Assembly: GCA_964403205.1 (NCBI GenBank)
Contig: CAYOER010000001.1
Span: 14,037-78,036, forward strand
From: an uncultured Candidatus Saccharibacteria bacterium
Lineage (GTDB): Bacteria > Patescibacteriota > Minisyncoccia > Phycocordibacterales > PALSA-1337
Reading direction: 5' to 3'
Length of the DNA stretch: 64,000 nt
Under the pieces are notes generated by a model. It worked only from the letters and a program-made list of their open reading frames with translations. It ran no database searches and was not told the DNA's origin. The position numbers and the translations under genes were made by a program. How positions within the stretch are numbered: the stretch's first letter is position 1; each line of letters opens with the position of its first letter. This document shows positions 50,180 to 60,394 of the stretch, one piece after another.

Positions 50180-51982
50180 ATGGAAATTAGAAATATAGCA
50201 ATAATAGCCCATGTGGACCACGGGAAGACTACTCTGACTGACGCTATCATGACTCAATGTGGCCATGGTGATGAAGGTAGTATGGACTCCAATGCTCTAG
50301 AACAAGAGCGTGGTATTACTATTTATGCGAAAAATACTTCAATAAAGTATAAAGATACAAAGATAAATATTGTAGATACTCCTGGACATGCTGATTTCGG
50401 CTCTGAAGTTGAACGTGTATTGCGTTCTATCGATACTGTCCTCCTTGTAGTAGATGCTCAGGAGGGTCCTATGCCACAGACACGCTTCGTATTGAAGAAA
50501 TCTCTAGAATTAGGATTGAAACCTATTGTAGTTATAAATAAAATTGATAAACATGCAGCAAATCCTGAACATGCTCATGAACAGGTATTAGAGCTTTTCA
50601 TGGAGCTTGGTGCAAATGATTCCCAATTAGACTTCCCTACTGTATATGCTATAGGACGTGATGGTGTAGCTATGAAGAAATTAGCAGATGAAAGAAAAGA
50701 TATAACTCCACTTCTAGACACTATATTGGAACATATTCCACCTGCAAATAAAGATCATAGCAATGAATCTCCGCTCACATTGCAGACCTTCAATCTTGGT
50801 TATGACAATTTCCTAGGACGTTTGGCAATCGGTCGTATCTATGATGGGACAATTAAAACTGGACAAACTGTCTTTGAAAAGAAGATAGATGGTTCTGTTT
50901 CCTCAGGAAAAGTTACGAAACTCTTTACATTCGAAGGAAAACAGAGGATAGAAATAGAAGAGGCGAGTGCAGGAGATATTGTGACTATTGCCGGTTTCCC
51001 AAATATATATATTGGAGAGACTATTACAGATAATGAAGCTACCCCTGCTCTACCAGCTATAAGGATAGATGAACCTACTATTTCTCTAAACTTTTTTGTA
51101 AATAATTCCCCTTTTGCTGGACGTGAGGGTAAATTCGTCACTGGTAGGCAGATACGTGAAAGACTAGAGAAAGAATTAGAAGTCAATGTCGGATTAAAAG
51201 TAGATTTTACTTCAAATGAATATTATAGAGTTTTCGGTCGTGGAGAATTGCATATCGCTATTCTATTAGAGAATATGCGTCGTGAAGGTTATGAATTACA
51301 AGTCTCTCAACCACAAGTAATCATAAAAGATATAGCAAATGAAAAAGGTGAAATGATAAAAAGTGAACCATACGAGGAACTCACTATCGATGTACCAGAT
51401 GAATTCACAGGGGCTATTATAGAAAAACTGGGTCAGAGAAAAGCCGTAATGCTCGATATGAAAAATAAAAATGGACAAACACGTATGATATTCGATATTC
51501 CCACTCGTGGTCTACTAGGATATCGTAGTGTTTTCGTAATTGATACAAAGGGTGAAGGAATACTAGGTAGTAGATTCACAGATTTCAGACCTTATGTTGG
51601 AGAAATTGAAAGACATAATACAGGATCAATGACATCTATGATGGCTGGTAAAGCACTAGCATTCGCACTGTGGAATCTACAAGAACGTGGAAGAATATTC
51701 ATAGTGCCAACTACAGAAGTCTATGAAGGAATGGTAGTCGGTGATACATCTAAGGGTGATGATATGGATGTGAATCCATGTAAAGGAAAAGCAATGTCCA
51801 ATATGCGTTCTTCTGGAAATGATGAGCATATTATGCTCACTCCGGCTTGGACGCTAGATATAGAGAAGGGGCTTGAAACAATGCGTGAAGATGAATATCT
51901 AGAGATAACACCTATAAATGTGAGGTTGCGTAAGAGATTTCTGACTGGTACAGATAGAGCTAGAGCGGGGAGGAAAGAATAG
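50180..51982 (+). CDS. typA: Translational GTPase TypA/BipA
   Basis: [39 protein letters not shown]. Confidence 0.96.
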   Translation: MEIRNIAIIAHVDHGKTTLTDAIMTQCGHGDEGSMDSNALEQERGITIYAKNTSIKYKDTKINIVDTPGHADFGSEVERVLRSIDTVLLVVDAQEGPMPQTRFVLKKSLELGLKPIVVINKIDKHAANPEHAHEQVLELFMELGANDSQLDFPTVYAIGRDGVAMKKLADERKDITPLLDTILEHIPPANKDHSNESPLTLQTFNLGYDNFLGRLAIGRIYDGTIKTGQTVFEKKIDGSVSSGKVTKLFTFEGKQRIEIEEASAGDIVTIAGFPNIYIGETITDNEATPALPAIRIDEPTISLNFFVNNSPFAGREGKFVTGRQIRERLEKELEVNVGLKVDFTSNEYYRVFGRGELHIAILLENMRREGYELQVSQPQVIIKDIANEKGEMIKSEPYEELTIDVPDEFTGAIIEKLGQRKAVMLDMKNKNGQTRMIFDIPTRGLLGYRSVFVIDTKGEGILGSRFTDFRPYVGEIERHNTGSMTSMMAGKALAFALWNLQERGRIFIVPTTEVYEGMVVGDTSKGDDMDVNPCKGKAMSNMRSSGNDEHIMLTPAWTLDIEKGLETMREDEYLEITPINVRLRKRFLTGTDRARAGRKE

Positions 51983-51996
51983 TTATACTCCTATTT

Positions 51997-52842
51997 GGGT
52001 ATTAATAGCAAGTTGTCCCAAGCTTTAATGATTTTGTTAAGTAATACATAGGGTTTTTGAATAATTCTGGTGAGGAAAATCTGAATGAAAATTCCCTCAC
52101 ATATTTTTCTAAATTAGTTGACCAATGATGATGATACATTCTTCTAACAAAAGTACGGTAGTTTCCAAATACTCCTTCGATTTCTGATGTATGAGCAAAT
52201 TCAAATCTTTTATGTATATCTCTACTGTGTTTAACTGGCCACCATTTGTTAATTCCTTTGTAAATCGCTGCACCATCAGTCCACAGTTTAGATCCTGGTT
52301 TAACTTTTCTAAAGAGAAAATATCCTGCATGATGTCTCTGTACTGATGTCCCAATAATGACATCATATGCTAGTTTTCTAGTTCCTTTTTGTTTACCCAT
52401 AACCAATGTCATATCCTTGAAATACGCCTCGTCTAACTGCACTATACGCTCTAGAATGTGGGTTTCCCGTGGTAATTGTCCTCTGAATGTGTCAAACCAC
52501 TTACGTATACAAAGTGGAGATAGTTCTGTAAATGCAACCGTTTGTTTAACTGGTATCTCACAACTCTAACACCAGAGTATCATCCACCACTTTTGAAGTG
52601 GTAATTTTAAATTAGAAAGCCATGTGTGTGACAGGAGAGAGAATCTGATGCGACAATCTTTACACCTATATCGACCTGATTGTATTCCTATTCGTCTCGA
52701 CTTACATTCAGGACAAAATATGTTCTTGCCAAACAATATTCTGCGAATATATTTTCTAATTTGTGCCTCACTTGGTATTTGATTGTGTGTATACATAATG
52801 TCCATATTCTAATATGTATGGGACAACTGGTATATATTACCC
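51997..52842 (-). mobile_element. IS1595-family insertion sequence (846 bp) with 24-bp imperfect TIRs and 8-bp TSD
   Basis: TIRs GGGTAttaatagcaAGTTGTCCCA and GGGTAatatataccAGTTGTCCCA (18/24 identical); TCCTATTT duplicated at 51989-51996 and 52843-52850. Confidence 0.9.
52002..52805 (-). pseudogene. IS1595 DDE transposase interrupted by an in-frame TAG
   Basis: Zn ribbon CPEC..YRCKDC, then WC*SCEIP in the same frame, continuing to QLDEAY, WTDGAAIY, HTSEIEGVF, YVREFSFRF. Confidence 0.85.
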
Positions 52843-52854
52843 TCCTATTTACTA

Positions 52855-52883
52855 TTGACAAGGATACTAAATCATGATAGTCT
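52855..52883 (+). promoter_or_regulatory. Sigma70 promoter of the J-domain operon
   Basis: TTGACA-N17-TAGTCT with extended TG, just outside the IS TSD. Confidence 0.55.
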
Positions 52884-52901
52884 CGCATATAGATTCGCAC
52901 C

Positions 52902-53189
52902 ATGAAAAATGCATATCAAATCCTAGGGGTTTCCCCTGCCGCTAGTATAGCGGAAATCAAGGATGCGTACCGAAAACTCTCGGTACATTGGCATCCGGAC
53001 AAAAACAAGAGTCCGGAAGCTGGGCACACCTTTGCCTCGATTTCGGAAGCTTATGGCATCCTCTCTGACTCGCGCAAGCGACAAGAGTTGGATGAAAAGA
53101 TTTCCAAAGGCCAAGTTGAGAATATCAATGAGGTCGTGGAGAGAGTCGTGGATTCATTTCTTGATTCGTTAACTGAACGGAAACACTAA
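52902..53189 (+). CDS. atcJ: Short J-domain co-chaperone (AtcJ-like)
   Basis: 95 aa; AYQILGV, HPD motif, AYGILSD and a short helical tail; first gene of a four-gene operon. Confidence 0.75.
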   Translation: MKNAYQILGVSPAASIAEIKDAYRKLSVHWHPDKNKSPEAGHTFASISEAYGILSDSRKRQELDEKISKGQVENINEVVERVVDSFLDSLTERKH

Positions 53190-53219
53190 TCAACAACAAA
53201 ACAAAGAGAAAGGATACGG

Positions 53220-53648
53220 GTGAGGACACTGAACGTAGTGGTAAATGAACTTCGTGAACAAATTGAGGAGGCTACAGATCCCAAGGATCCAAACAAGCTT
53301 CCACAATACACCGCTTCGCTGCGGGATGGTATTGATTCGTTTGTCTCGATGCTCACTGATGACCCGACGATGGCCGCGCTCGCATTCCACAATCAAATCA
53401 GATACGACAATCAGTCGGTTATGATCAAAATTGTGGAACACGACACGGTATCCGGTAGTGATTGGCCGCTTATCAAGCAGTCGATCCAAGTGCGCCCCGA
53501 TGCGCATAAGGCCGTCAAAACCCTTGAACAAGCTGGGCTCGAAGCAGTATTGGCGACCGCTGTGGCCGCCAACTTCAAGCTCACACAACAACGTCGCGCT
53601 CAACGCGAGGCGTTGGAACAAGAAGAGGAGTACCAAAATGTTGAATGA
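53220..53648 (+). CDS. AtcA-like protein
   Basis: MRTL start, LAFHNQIR..QS...EHD, VRP; second position after the short JDP. Recalled similarity, not searched. Confidence 0.6.
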   Translation: MRTLNVVVNELREQIEEATDPKDPNKLPQYTASLRDGIDSFVSMLTDDPTMAALAFHNQIRYDNQSVMIKIVEHDTVSGSDWPLIKQSIQVRPDAHKAVKTLEQAGLEAVLATAVAANFKLTQQRRAQREALEQEEEYQNVE

Positions 53649-54351
53649 ACAAGACAAAATGAGTGAGCATGAAAAGCTCGTCACCGTACTTCGTTATCAG
53701 GGTGCATTGGCTGTCGAAAGTCAGCTTGTGGATCTTGCCAATAAGGAGGGTGATGAAGCCATTGTGAGAATCGCCGGAAATCTATCTGCTGCCGAAGTTG
53801 CGCAAGTAACTTCTGAGGCAGATATGGTCAGCCCGTCACTTCTGCATACTGCAGTCAATCTCGAACAGTTCCGCGGAGTATTTCGGCGCATAGGCGTTCG
53901 ATGGAGCTCTGCGGAACAAGAGGATTGCTCACCTGAAACACTTCAGGAACTTCAGGATGAACTCAAACAGTTCTTCTGTGCATTCATTCTTCTGAACGAA
54001 GACGGAAAGCGTCGCGTTGAACTGATGAATGTCATTCTGGACGAGCCGCACGGTATCCATGCCCTAGTCTTCAGTGTCGTCCACGAAAAGGACTTTCTTG
54101 AATTCCTAGAATCCAATGGAAGCACTAGTGATGTCGGGGATTGGCGCGAGGTTATTGGGATCTTGCGTAACAACTTTCCCGAACAGTGGGAACGGTTCAA
54201 GAAAATTTTACCGGACTGTTACAACGGTAATGATTACCTCAACTTCATTCATGAGATCGCCGCTGAAATCTATGCGGTAGCCGTGTCTCAAGGAGCCGTC
54301 AGACGAACAGAAGTCGAAAAAGCGGATGATCTATTTATTCCGCTTGAATAG
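53638..54351 (+). CDS. AtcB-like protein
   Basis: ESQLVDLANKEGDEAI..SLL...EQF and WREVIGILR; likely ATG at 53638 overlapping the upstream gene. Confidence 0.6.
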   Translation: MLNEQDKMSEHEKLVTVLRYQGALAVESQLVDLANKEGDEAIVRIAGNLSAAEVAQVTSEADMVSPSLLHTAVNLEQFRGVFRRIGVRWSSAEQEDCSPETLQELQDELKQFFCAFILLNEDGKRRVELMNVILDEPHGIHALVFSVVHEKDFLEFLESNGSTSDVGDWREVIGILRNNFPEQWERFKKILPDCYNGNDYLNFIHEIAAEIYAVAVSQGAVRRTEVEKADDLFIPLE

Positions 54352-54363
54352 GCATGCAAACCA

Positions 54364-54400
54364 ACAGCCTCCCCGAGTGACCCTCCGGGAGGCTGTATTT
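54364..54400 (+). other. Intergenic GC-rich hairpin (partial terminator or stability element)
   Basis: ACAGCCTCCC...GGGAGGCTGT followed by only ATTT. Confidence 0.55.
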
Positions 54401-54413
54401 CTGAAAGGAATAT

Positions 54414-55388
54414 ATGAATCTGCAAATTAGAGATAAACGAGATCCGTTCACCCAAGCGTTGGCATTTCTTTTCAGAAGCGAGGAGAATGTGCTGACATTA
54501 AGACGAAAGCTCCATAAGGAAATGATTTCTCTTGTGACTCAAGTCGCGGTGAAAATTGGTGGTATCGATACCGAAAAAGCTGTTCGTGATCGTGCATTAG
54601 CGGTATTCACTGGAATCGTAAGTCTCTATCTGATGAATCTAACAAAAGGTTCGAACAATCCTGAAGAATGGTCAAGGATTGTGAGCTCTGGAGATCTCAG
54701 AATACTTTTCCAGCGTGGATATACGATGATACATGAAATCCTTCATGGTCGTTGGAAATTGGAGATTGAAAAGGATGGCAAAAGAATATTCTACGAAACC
54801 AGGACTGAACGACTTGAACAATTCGCTGTTCATCGGATAAATGATCAATGGGCAGGGTATATTCTATACCTCAAGGAAGCAACTTCGCTGAAAGAGGAGA
54901 TTCTCTGGAGTGAATTCGCAAATTGGTTAAAAGACGATTACAGCGGAAAAAGAGAACATAGAAGAATTTCTGAACAGAGCCTTTTTCATGAAGGAGAACT
55001 TTTTGAAGAAGGAGAAATTATCAGAAGAGTGTTCTACCACATCCTTCATTCTGGTAAGCCTTCTTTTATAATGAACTTTCGAATAGCACGTGAGATTGTG
55101 GATCACGCACAGAAAGACAAAAAGTGGCTACAGAAGGCTACAATCAACTACTCCAGATTCGTTACTAGCTTACCACTTCGTTTTCAGGAATGCTTTCTCT
55201 ATCAAGTGAGAGAAGATGAACCGGGAAACAGTATAATGAGCGAAGTATCTTCTGTTTGGAGGAATGTGAAGTGGATATGCAGAAAACGCAAGCATAGCAA
55301 TAGATCAGAAGCAATCGATTCTGTTTGTATTAATACAGGAGTTCCATCTCCTGGACTTAGTAAATCAAACAGAACTACATTCGAATAG
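54414..55388 (+). CDS. AtcC-like protein
   Basis: IRDKRDPFTQAL, IVSLYL; fourth gene of the operon; SD GAAAGGA. Confidence 0.55.
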   Translation: MNLQIRDKRDPFTQALAFLFRSEENVLTLRRKLHKEMISLVTQVAVKIGGIDTEKAVRDRALAVFTGIVSLYLMNLTKGSNNPEEWSRIVSSGDLRILFQRGYTMIHEILHGRWKLEIEKDGKRIFYETRTERLEQFAVHRINDQWAGYILYLKEATSLKEEILWSEFANWLKDDYSGKREHRRISEQSLFHEGELFEEGEIIRRVFYHILHSGKPSFIMNFRIAREIVDHAQKDKKWLQKATINYSRFVTSLPLRFQECFLYQVREDEPGNSIMSEVSSVWRNVKWICRKRKHSNRSEAIDSVCINTGVPSPGLSKSNRTTFE

Positions 55389-55437
55389 CTCAACACAAAA
55401 CCGAAAACTCGTAAGAGTGAGTAGGTTTTTTTTATTA

Positions 55438-56415
55438 TCACCCCCACTTCGTCTTTATATACTCCGTCGTCTCACTCATAGAGAATGGCTGAGTGGAGTT
55501 CCCTACTCTTACAAAAAAGTCTTCTTTTTTATCTCCATTTGTGAGATATGCTGGTTTATGACTTTCTTTTACATCTACAATACAAATCTCTTTATTTTCT
55601 ATTTTCTCAAATTTTATATTTATATATTTAGAAAAAGCTAAACCAATCATATTTTTTATAAGAGTATTAACATAATTTTCAAATCCGTCTTTATCTTTTC
55701 TCTGTTGCAAAGTTTTATAATCATTTTCTAGACCGATTATTTCACCATTATCTCTTACACCGATAAGCAGAATTCCACCAGAAGCATTGAGAAAACCTAC
55801 AATAGTTTTCATAATAGATTTCTCCATTTCCTTATTCATTTCATTCTTACGGATGTCATATCGCAATGTTTCTTTGAATTCTAAAAGTAATCCTTCACCA
55901 TCTTCTATTAAACTCTTTATATCTTTTATGAAAATCTTGCCAGATGAACTATGTACCATTTGCTTTATTATATATACATATTCTTCGAAATTCCCTATAT
56001 TCTTTATTTTTGTCACTCTCTCATTATTATGTTCAAGAATAATAGTGGCATGATTCATCATCCTACCTAGAGGACTCTGATATGTCTCTACAGATGCTAC
56101 GTCAGACAAACCTACACTTTTCTTTTTTCTAAACAAAAGCCCACTTTTCTTTATTATTTCTTTTTCTCTGATTTCATAATGAGAGAAGTACCAATCTAAA
56201 AAGAGAATACCAATATAGATAAATTGAAAAAATGAGAAGATTATTATTTCAAAGATATCAAAACGGATATAATCATGAAAACCAAGATTCCTAAACATCA
56301 TTTCATAATTACCAAGAAAAGAAACGGCAAAGAAGAATAGAGAAGCGATAATTTCCATAGCTATTAGATTGCGTAGGAAAACCAATGGTCCTTCTTTTAT
56401 TATTATTACTCTCAT
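55438..56415 (-). CDS. Two-TM, bacterial PH (bPH_2/DUF304) and Schlafen/AlbA_2 domain fusion
   Basis: YEIREKEIIKKSGLL..YQSPLGRMMNHATI (bPH_2); GEGLLLEFKE, IVGFLNASGGILLIGVRDNGEIIGL, FFVRVGNST (AlbA_2). Confidence 0.82.
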   Translation of the reverse strand: MRVIIIKEGPLVFLRNLIAMEIIASLFFFAVSFLGNYEMMFRNLGFHDYIRFDIFEIIIFSFFQFIYIGILFLDWYFSHYEIREKEIIKKSGLLFRKKKSVGLSDVASVETYQSPLGRMMNHATIILEHNNERVTKIKNIGNFEEYVYIIKQMVHSSSGKIFIKDIKSLIEDGEGLLLEFKETLRYDIRKNEMNKEMEKSIMKTIVGFLNASGGILLIGVRDNGEIIGLENDYKTLQQRKDKDGFENYVNTLIKNMIGLAFSKYINIKFEKIENKEICIVDVKESHKPAYLTNGDKKEDFFVRVGNSTQPFSMSETTEYIKTKWG

Positions 56416-56419
56416 ATGG

Positions 56420-57115
56420 CTATTCTAACATAATTTTAGTCCTTTTTATCGAATACGCTATAGCACCTATTCCCATATCCTTCCCTATTCTATCCGCTAG
56501 ACTCCGCATATATGTTCCACTGGAACAAACAACTTTCAACTTTATTATTTTAAATTGATTTTTTGCAAATTTCTTTCCATACTTTTCCCATTTATCTATT
56601 ATCTTTTCCTGACGGAAATCCCCTTTTACTTTTTTTATTTTTTCTATACTTTCTCTAGCTATTTCTTCTCCACTTTTCTCTATTTCAACTAATTTATTAA
56701 TAGAATAAATCTGTACCTCTTTACTTGGTATTTCATCTGGTATTTCTTTCATTGCAATTATTTTTGATGAATATCTAGGATACTTTTGTATATATCTGCC
56801 TATATATTTTTCTAATTCAATCTTATTTATTTTATTTATATTTATATTCTTTATTAATCCAAGAATATCATAGCTATCAGTTTCTAAACCAAACAAAACC
56901 TCTATTTCATATTCTTTATCTAAACCTGTATATTTATCTTTATTTTTACACTCTTCACCGATGAGGATGATGAGCATTCCTTCTGCCATCGGATCTAGTC
57001 TACCTGCATAAGTCATAGACACACTCTTATCTATACCGTTTTCTATACGGATTCTTTCTAGACATTCTAGTGGTGTCTCCCCTATTACTTTATTGCAAAT
57101 AATGACATTTTTCAT
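56420..57115 (-). CDS. truB: tRNA pseudouridine synthase B-like (short form)
   Basis: TYAGRLDPMAEG, KEY, TDSYD, CSSGTYMRSLA. Confidence 0.82.
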   Translation of the reverse strand: MKNVIICNKVIGETPLECLERIRIENGIDKSVSMTYAGRLDPMAEGMLIILIGEECKNKDKYTGLDKEYEIEVLFGLETDSYDILGLIKNININKINKIELEKYIGRYIQKYPRYSSKIIAMKEIPDEIPSKEVQIYSINKLVEIEKSGEEIARESIEKIKKVKGDFRQEKIIDKWEKYGKKFAKNQFKIIKLKVVCSSGTYMRSLADRIGKDMGIGAIAYSIKRTKIMLE

Positions 57116-57136
57116 AACTTTGTTACAATATACCTT

Positions 57137-58399
57137 ATGAATAAGAACTTGGGAACAGATCCATATAAAGGCGTGCGGGATTTCTATCCTGCTGATATGG
57201 CCGTGCAGAATTATATTTTTGATATTTGGAAAAGTACAGTTAAGAAATATGGTTATGAAGAATACAATGCCTCTGTTCTAGAACCAGCAGATCTGTACAG
57301 GGCCAAGACCGGTGAAGAAATAGTCAATGAACAAACATACACCTTTACTGATAGAGGTGATAGAGAAGTGACTCTACGTCCAGAGATGACTCCTACACTA
57401 GCCAGAATGGTAGCAGGCAAAAGACGTGAGCTAGTCTTCCCTCTTCGCCTTTTTTCTATTCCCAATCTTTTCCGTTATGAACAGCCACAGAGGGGGCGAC
57501 TCCGTGAACATTGGCAACTCAATGTTGATATTTTCGGCATAGACGGCATACAAGCTGAAATAGAAATATTACAAATTGCTTATGATATTACAAAGAAATT
57601 AGGATTATCAGATACGGATTTTGAAATTAGACTCAATAATCGTAAATTGATGAATTATGTGACAAAGGAAGTATTCAAGCTCGATGATGAACAATCCAGA
57701 AAGTTAGGTAAATTAATTGATAAAAAAAATAAAATTGAAAAAAGTGTATTTGAAAAAACAGCAAATGAAATTCTAGGTGAAAATACTGATAACTTTATTA
57801 CTTTACTCAATTCTAAAAATTTTGAGGAATTTACTATTCATCTTCCACAGACAAAAGAAGAGCATGATGGATTGAAAGAAATAAAGAAAATAATAGAGGC
57901 TCTAGAAAAACTTGGGATTACGAATGTACGCTTTGATCAGACACTTATGCGTGGTTTCGACTATTATACTGGAACAGTTTTTGAAATATTTGATAATAAT
58001 CCAGAGAATAGACGTTCAATATTCGGTGGTGGTCGCTATGATGATCTTCTTTCCCTTTTCGGTGGGGAGAAGGTATCTGCAGTGGGATTTGGCGCTGGGG
58101 ATGTTATAGCTCGAGATCTTCTAGAGACTTATGGAAAAATTGTAGAAGCAAAGAATACAGTAGCAGATATAGCAATATGTACTCTGGGTGAGCAGAATAT
58201 TCCCTATTCTCTAGATCTAGCTCAAACTCTACGTAATAATGGCAAGAAAGTCATGGTTGATTTCTCTTTAAAAAAAATAGGCGATAAGATAAGTAATGCA
58301 AGTAAAAGAGGTATAGAGAAGATTATCTGTATTGGTGATGAAGAAGTAAAGACTGGAAAATATAAAATAAAAGATCTGGCTACTGGAATAGAAGAGTAG
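57137..58399 (+). CDS. hisS: Histidyl-tRNA synthetase
   Basis: KGVRDF, LRPEMT, RYEQPQRGRLREH, RGFDYYTG, GGGRYD. Confidence 0.97.
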   Translation: MNKNLGTDPYKGVRDFYPADMAVQNYIFDIWKSTVKKYGYEEYNASVLEPADLYRAKTGEEIVNEQTYTFTDRGDREVTLRPEMTPTLARMVAGKRRELVFPLRLFSIPNLFRYEQPQRGRLREHWQLNVDIFGIDGIQAEIEILQIAYDITKKLGLSDTDFEIRLNNRKLMNYVTKEVFKLDDEQSRKLGKLIDKKNKIEKSVFEKTANEILGENTDNFITLLNSKNFEEFTIHLPQTKEEHDGLKEIKKIIEALEKLGITNVRFDQTLMRGFDYYTGTVFEIFDNNPENRRSIFGGGRYDDLLSLFGGEKVSAVGFGAGDVIARDLLETYGKIVEAKNTVADIAICTLGEQNIPYSLDLAQTLRNNGKKVMVDFSLKKIGDKISNASKRGIEKIICIGDEEVKTGKYKIKDLATGIEE

Positions 58400-58423
58400 A
58401 TTGAGAAAAATTCAGAAAAGATA

Positions 58424-59008
58424 ATGAGACTGATAACATTTGATATTGAAACAAAGAATTTCTTTCAAGATGTAGGATCAAATGATCCGAAAGCTCTTGA
58501 TATTTCTGTTTTATGTATTCATGATTCTCTAGATAATAGCTATAAGAGTTTCCAAGAAAAAGACTTTCCCCTATTATGGCCTATTATAGAGAAGACAGAT
58601 GCATTGATCACATGGAATGGCGATCATTTCGATATTCCTATTCTTAATAAATATTATTCAGGAGATCTTACAAAGATAAAAAGCATAGATTTGATGAAAG
58701 AAATGAAGGATGTATTAGGAAAAAGGCTGAAACTTGATACAGTAGCAGAAGCGACTTTGGGAAAAAAGAAAAGTGGGAATGGCATGGAGGCGGTGTATTG
58801 GTGGAGAAATGGTGAAATAGATAAAATAATCAAATATTGTATAGAAGATGTAAGGATTACGAAAGAACTCTATGACTATGCAATTGCAAATAAAAGCTTG
58901 AAATACAAGGATCTAGGAGCAAATGGAGCAATATACGAAGTGAAATTAAATACAGATAATTGGGAGAAAAAGGAGGATAATGCCATGACTTTTACTTTAC
59001 CGTTCTAA
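58424..59008 (+). CDS. RNase H-like (YprB/RNase_H_2) DEDD exonuclease domain protein
   Basis: FDIET, WNGDHFD, LDTVA..TLG..KSG, YCIEDV. Confidence 0.85.
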   Translation: MRLITFDIETKNFFQDVGSNDPKALDISVLCIHDSLDNSYKSFQEKDFPLLWPIIEKTDALITWNGDHFDIPILNKYYSGDLTKIKSIDLMKEMKDVLGKRLKLDTVAEATLGKKKSGNGMEAVYWWRNGEIDKIIKYCIEDVRITKELYDYAIANKSLKYKDLGANGAIYEVKLNTDNWEKKEDNAMTFTLPF

Positions 59009-59072
59009 ATGTGTATAATACAAAATATTAATGGCGGTTTGCTTATAAGAAGATAATAAAAGATATAAAGAT

Positions 59073-59816
59073 ATGAAAAAAATAATATCAGTAATCGTTA
59101 TATTAGTAGTAGTGTTAATAATAATAGCTCTAGTAGGTAGCAATAAAGCTCCTGCAGTTTCAAAACAAGTAGAGAATGCAGAGGTAGTAGCAAGTTCTAC
59201 TTCTGTTGTAGTACCAAATGTGAATCTAGTAGATGGTTCATATAGTGTTAGTCCTAGCGATGCCAAGCTCACATGGACTGGAAAGAAAAAGATTTTAAAG
59301 AATTGGATAGATAAGGGTACAATAGCATTAAAGTCAGCAGAATTCGAAGTAAAGAACGGTGCTATAGTTTCCAATAGTTTCCTCATAGATATGACAAGTA
59401 TAAAGAATCTGACAAATGGTTCAAAGAAGAATCAGGATTTAATGGCAAAACATTTGAAATCAGCAGATTTCTTTGATGTAGAGAATTTTGCAACTTCTAC
59501 ATTCATAGCAAAGGAATTCACAGCTACGACTAGTGATACTTTCCTAGTAAAAGGTGATCTTACAATAAAAGGTATAACAAATGAAATCACAATACCAGCA
59601 AGTCTAAAGTATACAGACGGCAATATAATAGTAGTGAAAGGTAAGGCAGATATTGACAGAACATTGTGGGATATAAAGTATGGCTCAGATAATTTCTTCG
59701 ATAATCTTGGAGATAATGTTATAGAAAATATATTCACTCTAGAATTCGAATTACAATTGAAATTAAATACAGTTAAAGTTGAAGGAGTATCTACTAGTAC
59801 AGTAGAGAGTATCTAA
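59073..59816 (+). CDS. YceI-family polyisoprenoid-binding protein
   Basis: TM anchor, IDMTSI, HLKSADFFDVENF, GDLTIKG, IDRTLWDIKYG. Confidence 0.9.
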   Translation: MKKIISVIVILVVVLIIIALVGSNKAPAVSKQVENAEVVASSTSVVVPNVNLVDGSYSVSPSDAKLTWTGKKKILKNWIDKGTIALKSAEFEVKNGAIVSNSFLIDMTSIKNLTNGSKKNQDLMAKHLKSADFFDVENFATSTFIAKEFTATTSDTFLVKGDLTIKGITNEITIPASLKYTDGNIIVVKGKADIDRTLWDIKYGSDNFFDNLGDNVIENIFTLEFELQLKLNTVKVEGVSTSTVESI

Positions 59817-59858
59817 TACTAATAATAAAATAATACATAGTTATTTTATTAATTTATA

Positions 59859-60377
59859 TTAAATTCCTTTAAATAGCATACCAGCAAAATAAGCAATAGA
59901 TGATGCAAGGGCGCCGATAATAAGCGTCTCTATTGCTGTTATTATAGGATGTTTATGAGATATTTCTCCTCTGATGAATCCAATAGTAAGGAAAACTAGA
60001 GCTGTAACTATGATAGATATTGTAAAAGCATTTATAGATGTGATAAAAGCAGAAGCATAAACAAATGGAAGTAGAGGTATAGTACCAACAAAAATAAATG
60101 AAAGAAAAGTAATAATTGCAGTTTTCCATGGACCTTTTTTCATATCCCCAGATAATCCTAGAGCTTCATTTGTCTGTTGTGATAGGAAATTGGAAGATGC
60201 CATGGAGAAACCATCTGCAAAGACATTAGCAAATCCTAGAGCGAGTATGATAGCTGGTGCGAGTCCAGCACCAGATACAGCAGAAATAATAGCAAAGGTA
60301 GTAACAGTACCGTCTATAGAGCCGTAGATAAATTCTGCTAGATATTTACGGGAATTAGTGGTGGGAGGCATACACAT
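59859..60377 (-). CDS. VIT1/CCC1 family Fe/Mn transporter
   Basis: IYGSIDGTVTTFA, ADGFSMASSNFLS, IPLLPF. Confidence 0.9.
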   Translation of the reverse strand: MCMPPTTNSRKYLAEFIYGSIDGTVTTFAIISAVSGAGLAPAIILALGFANVFADGFSMASSNFLSQQTNEALGLSGDMKKGPWKTAIITFLSFIFVGTIPLLPFVYASAFITSINAFTISIIVTALVFLTIGFIRGEISHKHPIITAIETLIIGALASSIAYFAGMLFKGI

Positions 60378-60394
60378 ATTATAACATGAATGAT

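Noticed and set aside
52566-52568. In-frame TAG as evidence of stop-codon reassignment
   Set aside because: TAG terminates conserved genes (typA, rmuC, hisS, ctpA) at their expected ends; a nonsense mutation is simpler.
53431-53637. N-terminal extension of the 306-aa ORF in the track
   Set aside because: It overlaps the AtcA-like gene in another frame; ATG at 53638 with an upstream GAGGAG is the more plausible start.
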